DNA of 63,969 nucleotides, counting the filler, from Guillardia theta CCMP2712 (Eukaryota; Protista; Cryptophyta), in the NCBI RefSeq assembly GCF_000315625.1. It is 6 parts of 6 records of this genome, joined end to end, with 100 filler letters (N's around TTAATTAATTAA, not from the genome) between each part and the next. Parts side by side here need not be neighbours in the genome. Positions count along the whole stretch, not along the records: positions 1 to 14,446 come from NW_005434316.1; positions 14,547 to 32,425 come from NW_005434436.1; 4 more parts are not named here. One strand, 5' to 3'. The translations under genes and the position numbers were made by a program. This document shows, one piece after another, positions 11,369 to 23,457 of this stretch (its first letter is position 1; each line of letters begins with the position of its first letter). The notes beneath the pieces were generated by a model that was not told the DNA's origin, made no database searches, and saw nothing but the letters and a program-made list of their open reading frames with translations.

Positions 11369-12911
11369 GAGGATCGGGCCGAGATGGTTTGGAGGGCAGC
11401 CAACAGCTGAGTGTGGCGCTCCTCTTCACGAGAATACCTGTCTTGAGTAGCCTTTCCAAGCTGGACAGTCGGGCTTGACATGTCCTTTCTCCTGGCAGTA
11501 GTAGCAGCGAACTTCGCGTGGTTTCTTAGAACCGCGTGCAGAATTACCTTTCCCTTGGGCAGAACCAGCGCCTTTTCCGCGAAGTTAACCAGACGAAGAG
11601 GAGGAGGCTTGAGCAGCAGCAGCAGAAGCAGAAGGTGTCGACATCGAGCGATTGGACGGCTCAAGTAACTTCTGTGTGTAGGCGACAAGTTGAGACGGTG
11701 CCGCTATGTTTTGAAAACATAGCGGCACCTATTCCGTAGTGGTCGCGATAAATGGCGAACCAGGTATGCAGCGAGCCACGCGTCTGAGCGTGAGAGAACC
11801 CATTGATGAAGAGACGTAAGGTCGTGTCATTGACGTAAAGAACTGCTGGGCTGACTTGCTTCTCAAGTGTCTTGAGCAAGGTCGTAGCACGCGCCAAATA
11901 AGCCCAAGCATTCTCCGAAGAGGACTGCTTCAGCTCGGCGAGTTGAGCCTGATAATCCTTGGAACGCATGGCGGGCGCCATGCAGTTGCGGAGCTGATTG
12001 CCAAACTCGGTCCAGGAAAGACGATGGATGTCCATCTGCGAGGGATAGATACAATCGAGCATCACCATTACCTCTTCCGTAATCAACGGGCATATGGATT
12101 GCACCCATTTGGCTTCGGGGATCTCTTGCGAGGCCAGAGCTCGTGAACACTGCCGAAGAAAGTCATCGATCGAACGTGTATCGGTCATACCCTTGTAGGT
12201 GGGGATGCGGCTCCCGTTAAATTTGGGCGCCACGGTGGGAGTAGGCAGAACTTGGAAAGTGTCCGTCGAAGGCGCGGATGGCGGAGTGAGCTGAGCTGGC
12301 ACGATGCTGTCCGATGGGACCTTCAGGGGGACGGAATTCATAGATGGAGCTGGCATCGGCGTGAGGACAGCATCCGACAGGGGCGCCTGGCCGGTCAGCA
12401 TGGAGAGCTGAGGCGCCAGCACGGCAAGACGTGGGTCATTGTCGGCTAAGATGGCACAAATGTGGCCGAGCAGTTGGAGGCATTTGTCTGTTTTAGCATC
12501 CAACGCTGCGAGGTGATCAGAAGAAAAATTTTCTGACCTGGGCAGACATGCAGGATTTGCAGAAGAGGCTGCTCGTGGTTGAGCTGTCTCGACTGATCTT
12601 GGAACATTTGGTTGGGAAGCGTCCTCCCCGATTCGGGCCCGTTGCTCCACGCCTGCTGGCATGATGCTTTGCATGTCTCCGCTCATAATAAGTTGTGTCG
12701 GGATAATCTCGGCGTCCGTTCCATGAGCACTAAGAATTTCCGTTTCCCGAGCAGGGGAGATCGATTCTTGAATCTCCATTCCCTCTTGTTCGCTACCAGA
12801 GTCTTCTTCTTGAATGAATCTTAACTCTGATTGTCTGCTTCTTGACGATGGGCTTCTCCCTGAAGCAGCTTGCTTTCTGTATCCTGTTCCTCTACCGTAC
12901 TTCGATGGCAT
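11356..12911 (-). pseudogene. gag: gag (capsid plus CCHC zinc knuckle), disrupted
   Basis: Retrotrans_gag-like IPTYKG...DDFLRQC...W...SWTEF...LKQ; CYYCQEKGHVKPDC knuckle at ~11505-11465 lies in another frame; in-frame TAA at ~11585 and two frameshifts. Confidence 0.85.
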
Positions 12912-12936
12912 GAATGAACCAACTTCGCTTCCAGAA

Positions 12937-13161
12937 TGTTGTATACACAACACAGAGGTTCAGAACGAGGCTAAGTAGAAGTTAGGAGATAACTTGAGAG
13001 CAAGAGAACAAAGGTAGACTACGTTTACTTAAGGTAAACTGCACACTCGCACTGCGCACGGTAGCGCATGCGCGTCAAAGGGAGGCCGTATTTAGATGTC
13101 AGGGCGGATACTAAGTACCCGTACGAGTATCCGAGACGTCCGGATCCTCACGGATACAACA
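12937..13161 (-). repeat. 5' LTR, 225 bp, TG...CA ends with TGTTGTAT/ATACAACA terminal inverted repeat
   Basis: Seen directly. Confidence 0.95.
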
Positions 13162-13162
13162 A

Positions 13163-13393
13163 GATGAACGGTTCGTTAAACAAGTCGAGAACGGTGGAAC
13201 TCCAATGAATGAACTAGACCACCTGCACCTTGAACTTTCTCGCATCAAGCGCCCATTTGTACAGCAAGCTGCACAAGCCAAGGCCTTGAAAATTGCAGAT
13301 GAAATAAGGCCAGTGGAAGGGTGTTCTACACGTCTAGTTCCTCTTCAGCCGCACAAGAAGAAAAGCCGTCAGATGACAAATGTTCCTTTCTAA
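13163..13393 (+). pseudogene. 3' half of the interrupted Myb/SANT-like ORF
   Basis: In-frame continuation DERFVKQVENGGTPMNELDHLHLELSRIK... Confidence 0.5.
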
Positions 13394-13680
13394 AACGAAA
13401 CTGCTCCAGAAACTCTGCGTCCGTGAAATGTTCTGCAGATTTGAAACTCCCTCGTGAATAAGACCTCATGTACGGTAGAGAAATCCAAATGAGGTGACGA
13501 TGAAGTAATGCACACAAAGCATTTAACCTGCAGACAATCAACTTGGAAACAAACGATCCAAATCGAGAGCGGTGGAACCAATCAACATGCACACAAAGGA
13601 TGTTGAGGAGCCATTTCACACGTCGTTTCGCAATGTATTGCTCCATATGAGATAGGTGTGTGCGCCTGATGGATAGCATG
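13326..13680 (-). pseudogene. PIF/Harbinger transposase N-terminal fragment
   Basis: FTDAEFLEQFRFRKEHL matches the DxEFxxxFRxxK/R motif preceding the HTH of HARBI1/DDE_Tnp_4 transposases; catalytic domain absent. Confidence 0.6.
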
Positions 13681-13709
13681 TAACTCCTTGTACCATTTAC
13701 TACACCCCT

Positions 13710-13891
13710 TACCAAAAAATGAATTTAGGGGAGCTCCGAGAGCTCCGAGGGGATCTGGTACCAACAAACGAGGGATCTGGTACCAAAAAATGAATTTAGG
13801 GGAGCTCCGAGAGCTCCGAGGGGATCTGGTACCAACAAACGAGGGATCTGGTACCAAAAAATGAATTTAGGGGAGCTCCGAGGGGATCTGG
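13710..13891. repeat. 71-bp tandem repeat, ~2.5 copies
   Basis: Units start at 13710, 13781 and 13852 (TACCAAAAAATGAATTTAGGGGAGCTCCGAG...GGATCTGG). Confidence 0.95.
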
Positions 13892-14300
13892 AGATTAGAG
13901 GCTAAACCATACACCACCACCCACACCACCACGGAACCCTACCCCATCACACTCCACACAGTGACCTCTCACTCCAAGAGATTTAGCAATTCCTCATACA
14001 AGCTTCTTCCAGCCGTAGTAGAATCAAGAACAGGGGGTTAACCAACAATATTTGGCGCTGGGATAGGATGTAGATGAGATACGACTGCTCAGTGTAGTAC
14101 TACAAGACCAGTGGGTCAAGAAGCTTCCAAGGGGGTAAGGGAGTACAGTGGGAGGGGGATGGGGTAGAGAGAGTGAAATGGGGGGGTGGAAGGAGGGAAG
14201 GGTTGTCACTTTGAGTAAAGGAGAAGGTTGTACGGGTGTCAACATGCACCATGCGAGAGCGACCAATGCTGTCACCCCTGCCAACGTTTGGACAGGAACA

Positions 14301-14446
14301 ATGCTGAGATTGTACGTGCTCTGTATGCTGCTAGGGGGTTGGATGTGCCCGCAGGCCTGGGGAGCAACCACTGTGAGCTGTGGAAGCTGCACGTTTCATG
14401 TCTCGGATGAGGGATTATTGACGAGGGAGGGGAGCTGTGTGGGTGA
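14301..14446 (+). CDS. 5' end of a secreted protein running into an assembly gap
   Basis: Signal peptide MLRLYVLCMLLGGWMCPQAWGA followed by a CGSC..C motif. Confidence 0.45.
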
Positions 14447-14581
14447 NNNNNNNNNNNNNNNNNNNNNNNNNNNNNNNNNNNNNNNNNNNNTTAATTAATT
14501 AANNNNNNNNNNNNNNNNNNNNNNNNNNNNNNNNNNNNNNNNNNNNATCATCTCCATCATCATCATCTCCATCATCATCAT

Positions 14582-14643
<62 letters not shown>

Positions 14644-14849
14644 CCATCATCATCATCATCGTCACCTTTGTAATACTGATATTTGACTTGTGTCATTCGT
14701 TGAGATGTCATTCGGGATCTCAAAGTCGCTGACGACTCGTTTGACATCGTCAGCCCTGAAGGCCCTTTGACAACTCCTTGTCAAACTTTCTCCTCCACCA
14801 CCACCTCCTTCACCTCGCCGCCTTGACACGGTAGGTAGCGAGCAGGTGT

Positions 14850-15566
14850 CCCTGCTGAAGCAGAGCAGAGCTGCGAAGTAGAAGAGAAGGAGAGGACGAG
14901 GACGAGCAGGACGAGGACGAGAAGGACGAATAGAGGGAGGGAGAGGAAGAGGGGACGAAGACAGGGAGGACGAGGAGGAGGGGGAGTTATCCAGCCAAAC
15001 AGCAGAGCCGAAGCAATCTCTCGTGGTAACCGTGAAGGTGTAAACTTGTCCAGCAGTGGCAGTGGTGACCTCCCTGTCCACCTGAGACCCAGCTGTCAAC
15101 CACCGCAAACTGCCCGCAACCTGAGGTACCAGGGAGCAGCCTGAGCTCACTCTCTGCTCCTTCACCGCAGCCGCCAGCCCCTCAGTCGAGCGCAGAGGGA
15201 GGAGGCAGTAGAGGAGGCTGACGTTGTACCCTCCCGCTATGAAGCTCGTGTACCCTACCGTCCTGACGTTGTCCTCCTGCTCCTCCTCGCCCCCCAGTCC
15301 GGCATTGTCTTGAAGGACATTAGCGTCGTCCCTTCCATCCTCCTCCTCCTCATCTCCCTTCCCTCCTCCCCCTCCGCCTCCTCTTCATCTCCCTTCCCTC
15401 CTCGTCCTCTCACCGAGTGGTAGCTCCACCAACACGTCAGGTGAAAGGCGAAACCTAAGGAAGCATGCCTCAGGTGCAGAAGAGGAGAAGGAGAAAGGCC
15501 TATGAAGCAGCTGCGACCAGGGGGAGGAGCAGGAGGAGGAGGAGGAGGAGCAGGAGGAGGAGGAGG

Positions 15567-15604
<38 letters not shown>

Positions 15605-18145
15605 CACCAGCACCAGCAGGCTCTCTGTGGCTTCACTCACGTTAGGCTGCTGCAATTCTCTGTTGGAGTGTAGGCGACGTTGCCAAACTGATCGCGCAGA
15701 TGGACCGCAAAGTTCGCCTCGAGCCCAGCTGGGGGAGAGTGAGGGGCAGAGAAGGGAGGAGGACGATTCTCCCTACCGGTAGCGAGAGTGAGCCCGGTCC
15801 CTTGAGCAAAGCTCGAGGACGAACAGACGGACGAGGGGCTGGGAGCAAGTCAAGATGGGGGAGAAGGAAGGAGAGTGGAGAGGAGGAGGAGGGCGGAAGA
15901 GGAGGAGGAGGGCGGAGGAGGAGGAGGAGGAGGAGGTAGGAGGAGGAAGGGAGGAGGAGGAAGGGAGGAGGAGGAAGGGAGGAGGAGGAGGAGGAGGAAG
16001 GGAGGAGGAGGAAGGGAGGAGGAGGAGGAGGAGGAGGAGGAGGAGGAGGAGGGCGGAGGAGGAGGAGGAGGAGGAGGGCGGAAGAGGAGGAGGAGGAGTA
16101 CAGGATCCGGACGAGAAATTCCTTCTGCTGGATGAGGAGGAAGCCGCCGAGCTTGACGGCGAGCAGGTAGGAACCCGAGCATGTGACGTTGAAGCTGCCC
16201 ACGTGCTCCCCTCCCCTGCTGGAGAAGAGCACGTCCGCGCTGCTCCTGCCTGCAAGGACGGCAGAGAAGGAGTCCTACAGGATGAGTCAGGGAGGAGCTG
16301 GGTTGCTGCTGGGCTTGCCTCCTCCTGCCGTAGGTTGCCGAACATGTCGCGCGGATAGACGGAGAACACGCTGACGGCACCGCAGGTAGCGAGCGATAGC
16401 GCTGCTCCTGTTATGCTGGTGGCAAGCGCGTTGGGTAGTCCGGGCCTGACCTGGGAGGGGAGGGTGAGGTGCGGTAGAGGTCGAGGAGGGAAAGGATGAA
16501 TGGTGAGGAGAGAAGAGGTGGGGAGAGCAGAGGAGGTGAGAGGGTGAGGAAAAAGGGCAGTGAGAAGATGGGACAAAAGAGAAATGAAGGAGAGGAGAGG
16601 AGAGGAGAGGAGAGGAGAGGAGAATAGGGGGAGGAGAGGAGAATAGGGGGAGGATGGGTAGAGATGAGGGGAAACGAGAAAGAAGGAGAGAAGAAGACGA
16701 AAGAGGAGATCAAGGTTTTGGGGTCACTGAGAACCTGCAGGGTAAGAGAGTTCTTGATCGCTTCCTGCCGTCCATCAGGAAAGGAAAGAACGGCTGATAT
16801 GTTGACATCCCCGACTCGATCGCAGGAGCACGAGAAGAGGCATCCGCCTCCTGCAGGGCCCTGGTAGCCGCAGAGCCGCAGGGCAGCGGAGTCCTGTGAA
16901 GGAACGACGAAGGTCTGGCAGGAGGAGGAAGACGAGGAGGAGTCAGACGAGGAAGGGGAGGGCAAGAGAGCTGCGGGTGGCGACAAGACAAGGTAGAGGC
17001 GGAAGCTATCACTTTCACAGGAGGAGGAGGAGGAGGAGGAGGAGGAGGAGGAGAAGTGGGATCGTGGAGCAGAGGAGAGCAAGACAGCGCAGGGAAGGAG
17101 GAGCAGCTCACCTGCACGTGTTGACAACCTGCCGGTCAGACACAGGGTTCTCAAACGTGTCCAACATCTGCAAGGCCACCTCCAGTTCTCGCCCAGCTGT
17201 CATGTAGGCTTGCTGGACGCTCAGCAGGCTTATTTGCAGAAGCACGTCACAACCACCAGCAGCGAGAGCGATCGCGGTACCTCGTCTCCGAGTCAACCTC
17301 CCCTGGGACGACCTCCACCGTGAACGGGCTCCCAGCAACATGCTGGGACAGGAGGAGGACGCTGACAGTCAGGTTCCCGCTCTGCTGGACATTGAGGTGA
17401 ACGCGGGAGACACTGATGTTCGGCCCCTCCTGCAAGCTCAGGGCTTCGTTCCCCAGCAGTCGCTCGAAGCCGTTGGCAAGCAGGACGAGTCCCTCGACCG
17501 TCACCTCGCTCCTCATGGCCGGGTTGCCGTACGGGTCCGCGAAGGATACGAGCACGGGAACGCTTCCCGCTGTCACTTGATACCCGGTGCCCTGGCACAA
17601 GCTCGCTTCAATGCAGGGCAGGCATCGCTCGCTGACAAGGTAGAAGCCCTTGGGGCATCTGCACGCACAGCCTCAGCTCGGCTTCACCGCACAAACTCTC
17701 CTCACCTCGTCCCGGTCGTTTGCGAGCTCAGCATCAACTTCGTCGTATGCCAAACTGCCTGTTGCGGCAGGACTTGGAGGGTCATGAGGACCTCGCTCTC
17801 AGTCGATGAGAGGTCCGTCCTGTTCTGCACCCTCACCAGCACGACAAGCGTGTACATACCGCTCCTCGTCGGCGCCATGTACTCGATACTCGCCTCTCCC
17901 TCACCAACATCAGACAAGACATGCGGCAGGGACCAGGGGGTGCAGGTCTCAAGACACCAAGACCCTGATGCCCTCACTGCAGCGCTGGCGATTTCGCCGT
18001 CAGAGCTAGTCGCCTTGAGCACGAACATGGCAACGCTCCCAGCACTCGCCACTGAGAGCCCGTCACCGAAGCTTGTGACATCCTCCGCACAGTGTGCTCC
18101 GAGGAAGCACAGCAGAACAAGGAGGAGGACGCGAACCGTGCGCAT
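14850..18145 (-). CDS. Secreted filamin/ABP280 (Ig-like) repeat protein, multi-exon, 3' end in gap
   Basis: Signal peptide MRTVRVLLLVLLCFLGAHCA; GDGLSVASAGSVAMF, HVAGSPFTVEVVPG, ATCGAVSVFSVYPRDMFGN, ATAGQVYTFTVTTRDCFG. Confidence 0.8.
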
Positions 18146-18499
18146 CACTGAGAGAGACCTAGAAATCCTCGCGCTCTTGTCATTATCTCGGCATTTTCCA
18201 CCAGGAGCTCAGAATCACGACACCTGTGGGATCGTCAACGTGACCGTCCCCCTTCGAGACCCTGCTAGCCACCTCTCATCCAGCTACACAGCGCTTCCTC
18301 TCTTATGCCCCTCATGATGCCGCCAGCATCTTCATCTCGTCTTGTGTTCATCGTCTCCCTCCTCCCTACTCCTTCCATGGCTCTTCCCTCCCGTCGCATT
18401 AGGATTGGCAAACATCCGGTTTGATAGATATTTGACTACCCCGGCCTACCCCACCCCTGTATTCCAGCGTCTTAATTACTATCTTAGTACCGTAAAGTA

Positions 18500-19040
18500 G
18501 TACCACCCCACCCACGACCGTGACCGGGCCTGCCGCGGGCCGCCCGGGCCGGCCGGGCGGCCGCGCACCCGGTCACCGTCACTGCGCGGCGGCACCGGCA
18601 CCGGGCCGGTGAAAGTTGCAAACTGACTCACACCGTGGCACACCGTTTGAGAAACTGAGACTCAATCGGAGATGAACTCGGAACGGTTATCATGACTGAG
18701 CTCCGAAGAAAAATTCTTCGTTGAAAGGCAAGTCCAGACCTCGGACCGGGACTCGCCGACCCCGCCGATCAACTTAGAGCCCGGGCCCGCGGCGGCGCGC
18801 ACAGTCGGGGGAGCGACCGTACGGTGCGCTGTCACGGTTTCACTATTCAACTGCCACGGGGTCCGATCGGAGCCTCCGGCTTACTCGGATCGGACAGTGG
18901 CCGAGGCTTGCCCGGTACGCCGGGTAGTAGTACTCAGCCCGGTCACTCAACTGATCATGATGAGCCTCCGCCGCCGGTTTCACTTAACTTCGAGAAACTA
19001 TTGATTTACTCAAAGTTAAGTTAAAAATCAGTATGAGGAT
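18500..19040. promoter_or_regulatory. GC/CpG-rich intergenic island between divergent genes
   Basis: CCGG/ACGGT/GTCAC-rich and non-coding; ends in the dispersed motif at 19005-19039. Confidence 0.5.
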
Positions 19041-20128
19041 CTACTAGTGTGACAGCGGCACGTGACTGAGAGAGCCGTTTAAAAATCACAAAAGTCCATG
19101 AAATCATTCTCTCCATCTTCAACTTTTGAGCCAAGAAATTCAAAAGATTCCCTTCAAATTCAAATCAGGGAACTCGCTGCAGGCAAACTCAACTTGTACG
19201 AAGTTAAAAATCTCCCGAGGGGATTTGGGGGACTGATGTATAACCCCCACCCCCCCTAACCAGTCAAATCATGGTTAAGTGGGGGTGGTACTCCACTCTC
19301 CGGGCATTTAAAAAGTCGACTACAGGTGCTGTGCAAGCTATCACTGAAGTAGGTGGGGTAGGTGACCAGGGTGCCAGGTAGGGGTACATAGATATGTTTT
19401 CAGGGGGTAGGGATGTACACCCTCCGAGAGCTCCATGTGGATGGGGGTGGGTACCCCTGATCAAAACTGTTTAGATGACATCGAGCTGTAGTACCCCCAC
19501 TTCTCCCCCCTCGTGTACCCCCTCGAATCGCTGAGTCCAGAGGTTAATTCTCAGGGGGGTGGTGATCTCGGGCGGTTGGTGTCCCGTGCTGAAATTTCAA
19601 ATCATGCGGGGTGGTCACATCCAAGGGGTAGGGGTAGTGAAGTTAAATTCAAGGTGTCATACCGGTCTGTTCATAGAGGTATAAGAGGGTGGGTAGTGTG
19701 ATGTGAAGGGGTCCCTGAATCATGAGGCAACTTCTTTTAGGTGGGTGGGGTGGGCTAGGAGGTTGAAAGCAACTGACAACGACGGCGACAAGGGCAGGAA
19801 TGAGCGGGAAGGAAAGGGAGGGAGGGAGGGAAGGAGGGAGGTAGGGAGATGGGAAGAGAGATGAAGAAGATGATTATGAAAGGAAGAGAGTAAGTGAGCA
19901 GGAAGAGGTCAAACAGAATGTGTGGAGAGGTAGTGAGAGAAGGATAAGGAACGCATAAGAGGGCAGGTGGAGAAAGGGAAAGCAGAAAGGAAGAGAAGAA
20001 GGGGTAGAAAGAGGGAGGATACGACGTAGCAGACAAAAAGGCGATATGGTACAATATCGTGCAGATGAGGGAGGGAAGGGTGCAAGGTTCGAAGTTGTTC
20101 CCGATAGCATGCTGATCTCTCCCTGCAG

Positions 20129-23090
20129 ATGACTTGGGCAAGTTTCGTGGGGCTGACTCTGGTCTGTTCGCTCCAACTTGTCAGGGGAGCAAGGCAAGTG
20201 TCATGGTTGCTGTGCATCTCGTTCGCTCACACCCGTGTGCTGCAGCGTCATCCCATCTGGGTCAGAAGCTTTCAAGATCCTTCAAAACACCTACGGCGTG
20301 AAGAATGCCATCGTCAGCAATGCATGCGACCGTTGCGACTGGAGCTGTAACACGGGCTACTTCTTGAACAGCAGCAATGCTCCTTACAACTGGACTTGCG
20401 AAAAATGTCCCTCCAACTCTTACTCGGATGTGCGAGGAGCAACCAACGTGTCTTTCTGCAAGTGCAATGCTGGCTACGCTGGGACCAATGGAGTTTGTAC
20501 TGCATGCAACGGAGGCACATTCTCTCCTGTCCGCGGGTTGACGGCCTGCCTCTCGTGCACATCTGGCACCAACTTCTCTTCAACCGTTGGAGCGACAACA
20601 TGCACAGCATGCAACACAACCTGCCCAGCAGGAAGTTACAAGAGTGGTAATTGCACTGCCTCACAGGACCTGCAATGCGCGACATGCTCGAGCTATCGCA
20701 CTAATTCTACTTCAGTCAGCGCAAACTCGGGCGCAGCGAGCAGCGTGTGCGTGTGCGATGCCGGGTACTACTACAACTCTACGAGCTCCAGTTGCATCGC
20801 CTGCGAGGCAGGGAAGTACAAGAAGGACAAGGCGAACAATGAGACATGCACGTCTTGCAACACCTCGATGGGTCACTACTCCTCGATGGGACAGTCGACG
20901 TGCTACACATGCCCCGCACCATCTTCTTGCGCAGATGGGTATTACTTCGATCCGAGCACGTGCGACAACAACCACTATCAATGCGTCCAATGCCCTGGAA
21001 CTGGTGGGCAGAAAACTGATAGCCCTCGTAACTCCTCCAGCGCCTGCTATTGTGACAAGGGTTATTACATGGATGGCAACAATGGATGTAAACCATGTGG
21101 TACAGGCACGTTTGGGAATGCGACTGGACTGACGAAGTGTTATGATTGCACGCAAGGTGTGAACTACGCGAACAATATTGGTTCGACTGAATGCAAGTCC
21201 TGCAGCACGACACCGTGCCCCACAAACAATGTCAAGAACGCTAATTGCCAGGTTAATGCGGACAGGACGTGCAAGTCCTGCCCAACTTTCTCGTACGTTG
21301 CATCAGACAACTGTGTTTGTAATGATGGATACGGTGGAGATGCCAACACTGGTCAATGTACGATATGTGATGCGGGGAAGTTCTCAAACTCGACTTACAC
21401 CACCTGTGAAGCTTGCCCCACCGACGCATACAGCGCTCAGGGAAGCGGTTCTTGCTCGCCTTGCAGAAGCACACAAGCCTGCAACTCGAATGAGATCTCA
21501 TCCAACACGTGCGACCAAACAACTGGAAGGTACTGCACCACCTGCCGCATAGACAAGACTGCGCTCAACAATGTTTGTGTCTGCAAGCCTGGCTACTACT
21601 ACAACTCATCATCATCACTTGAATGCATCGCCTGCCCTGCAGGACAGTACCAGGATGTCGCCAACATGACAACCTGCAAGGCCTGCCCTGATGGAAGCTT
21701 CAGCATGGAATCCGGTAGGTCGACTTGCACCACCTGTACGAAGTGTGCTGCTGGTACATACTTCAAGGCCAACTGCACCAGCACGGCAGACGTCCAGTGT
21801 GACAACTGCGCAGCTGGAAATTCATCGCACTATGGTGCGATGAAGCAGTCAGATTGCTTCATGTGCCCTCCCGGCACCATCTCCACCTCCGCAGGCCAAA
21901 CGTGCAGCCCATGCGCCACAGGGACATACAACCCCTTCTACGGGCAGACTGCCTGCCTTCCTTGTCAGTCTGAATCCACCTCTCCTGCTGGAAGCATTGC
22001 GAGGGAGGCCTGCAAGAATCAGATCAGCTTACAGTGCGACAATGTTCCGGCCAACGGCGCCATCAACTCCGACGCCTTCTTCTCCCACGTGCTCACTGGC
22101 TCCACCTGTGCCTCCTGCTCCTGCCCCTCGGACACAATCATCACCGGCACTTGCGGAGGAGCGGGATCGATCACCTGCTACACCTGCAAGGGGAGCTGCA
22201 CGTGGACAATGAGCTTCACTGCGGCTGTGCAAGGATACTCCTCCAGCGACTACACTGCAGCCCTCGGGTCCCTCGGGTCGGCCACGGTCACGAGCACGCA
22301 AGTGGTGTATCAGTTGAATCCCACTGGGAACATGAGCTACACGCTGGTGTCAACTTCAATCGCTGTGACAGCCATCGATGGGAAGGGGACGACCCCACTG
22401 AGCTACTCGGCGGTGGAGAGCAATCTCAAGACCAAGAGCATCACGTTGATTGCGTTCCAAGACAGCGTCAAATACGAAAAGCAAGAGATGCCCCTGGCCT
22501 CTCCTACCGTGTTTGTCTTCCTGAAGGGATCTGCCTCCGTCTCATTGGCTGACTTCAAGGCAAATTTGGGCACCTTCAAGCAGGTGATCGCCACAGCTGC
22601 TGGAGTGAACGTGGACAACGTGCTCGACGTCAACGCAGTCGAGAACAGCAGAAGGGCCACGAGTGTCTCGTACACGGGCAAGATCGGAGTGGCCAGTGTG
22701 GTAAGGAGAGATGACTGGGAGGAGGAGACAGTCTGACGTGCTTCGATAGGCTGCTGGAAACGCGGTCAAGTCCAGCCTTGACGCGAACTTTGCAACAGCA
22801 CTTGCTGGGGTACGACCTCCTTCCCCTCATTCTCGCTTCACTTCCTCTCTGCCCCTCTCCATCTCCCTCGCTACTCGTTGCTCGTTCTGATGCTTGCTGC
22901 ACAGGCATCGCTCACGGGATACACCATCAGTTCCTCAAGCCCCTCCTCCACCGCTCCCTCCGGTTTCGAGCCGATCGTTGCCACCACCACTCCTGCCCCC
23001 GCTCTCAGCAGCGGAGCCAATCGCGGCACCCTCCCTCTCCTATGGCTGGCCCTGGCGTTTGCAGCCCTTCCTCTGCTTGCAGCGAAGTGA
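20129..23090 (+). CDS. Cys-rich (TNFR/GCC2-GCC3-like repeat) surface glycoprotein with a predicted GPI-anchor signal
   Basis: Exons 20129-20193, 20246-22700, 22750-22809, 22905-23090; signal peptide; many CxxCxxGxY repeats and NxS/T sites; S/T/P-rich spacer and hydrophobic C-terminal tail. Confidence 0.85.
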
Positions 23091-23457
23091 GGCATGCAGT
23101 GATGGTACGCGAGAACTGGCGATACAGCGCTGGTTCTTTCCTGCTGACCCAGGTTGATGCTTCTACATGCTTGTAGGAAGAGGGCGTCTGAGTCGCCTTG
23201 TTCCTTTTAACCACCTAACTAGATTAGCTCTGTGCACTTTCTTGGTAATTAAATTAGCTCCGTGCGCTTTCCAGCCACTCGTTCTCCCGAGTCCGATTCG
23301 TCAATCTTTGACTACCTGTAAGGCCCAGGGGGGGTGGGGTAGTCTCAGATTCCATTTGGTAAATTTGTGGGTAGTTCAATAGAAAACTTGGGGTAGGGGT
23401 TCTCCAAGGTGGGGGTACGTTGTTTGGAGGTCCGTTGGCCTGGCAATGTCAGTGAGC

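Larger units (their letters stand above)
7221..13161 (-). mobile_element. Ty3/Gypsy chromovirus LTR retrotransposon
   Basis: Direct repeats 7221-7438 and 12937-13161; gag then PR-RT-RH-IN-chromodomain order; purine tract AGATGGGAGCGA next to the 3' LTR. Confidence 0.97.

Noticed and set aside
7565-11450. + strand ORFs overlapping pol
   Set aside because: Antisense shadows with no domain signal
13710-13891. Possible CRISPR array
   Set aside because: Units repeat fully with no unique spacers; eukaryotic context; no cas genes
14491-14502. TTAATTAATTAA inside N runs (also 32470, 46464, 60778, 62877)
   Set aside because: All-frame stop linker added during scaffolding; not biological
15385-16400. 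Poly-E/G/R/P/S ORFs here and throughout the window
   Set aside because: Translations of intronic microsatellites
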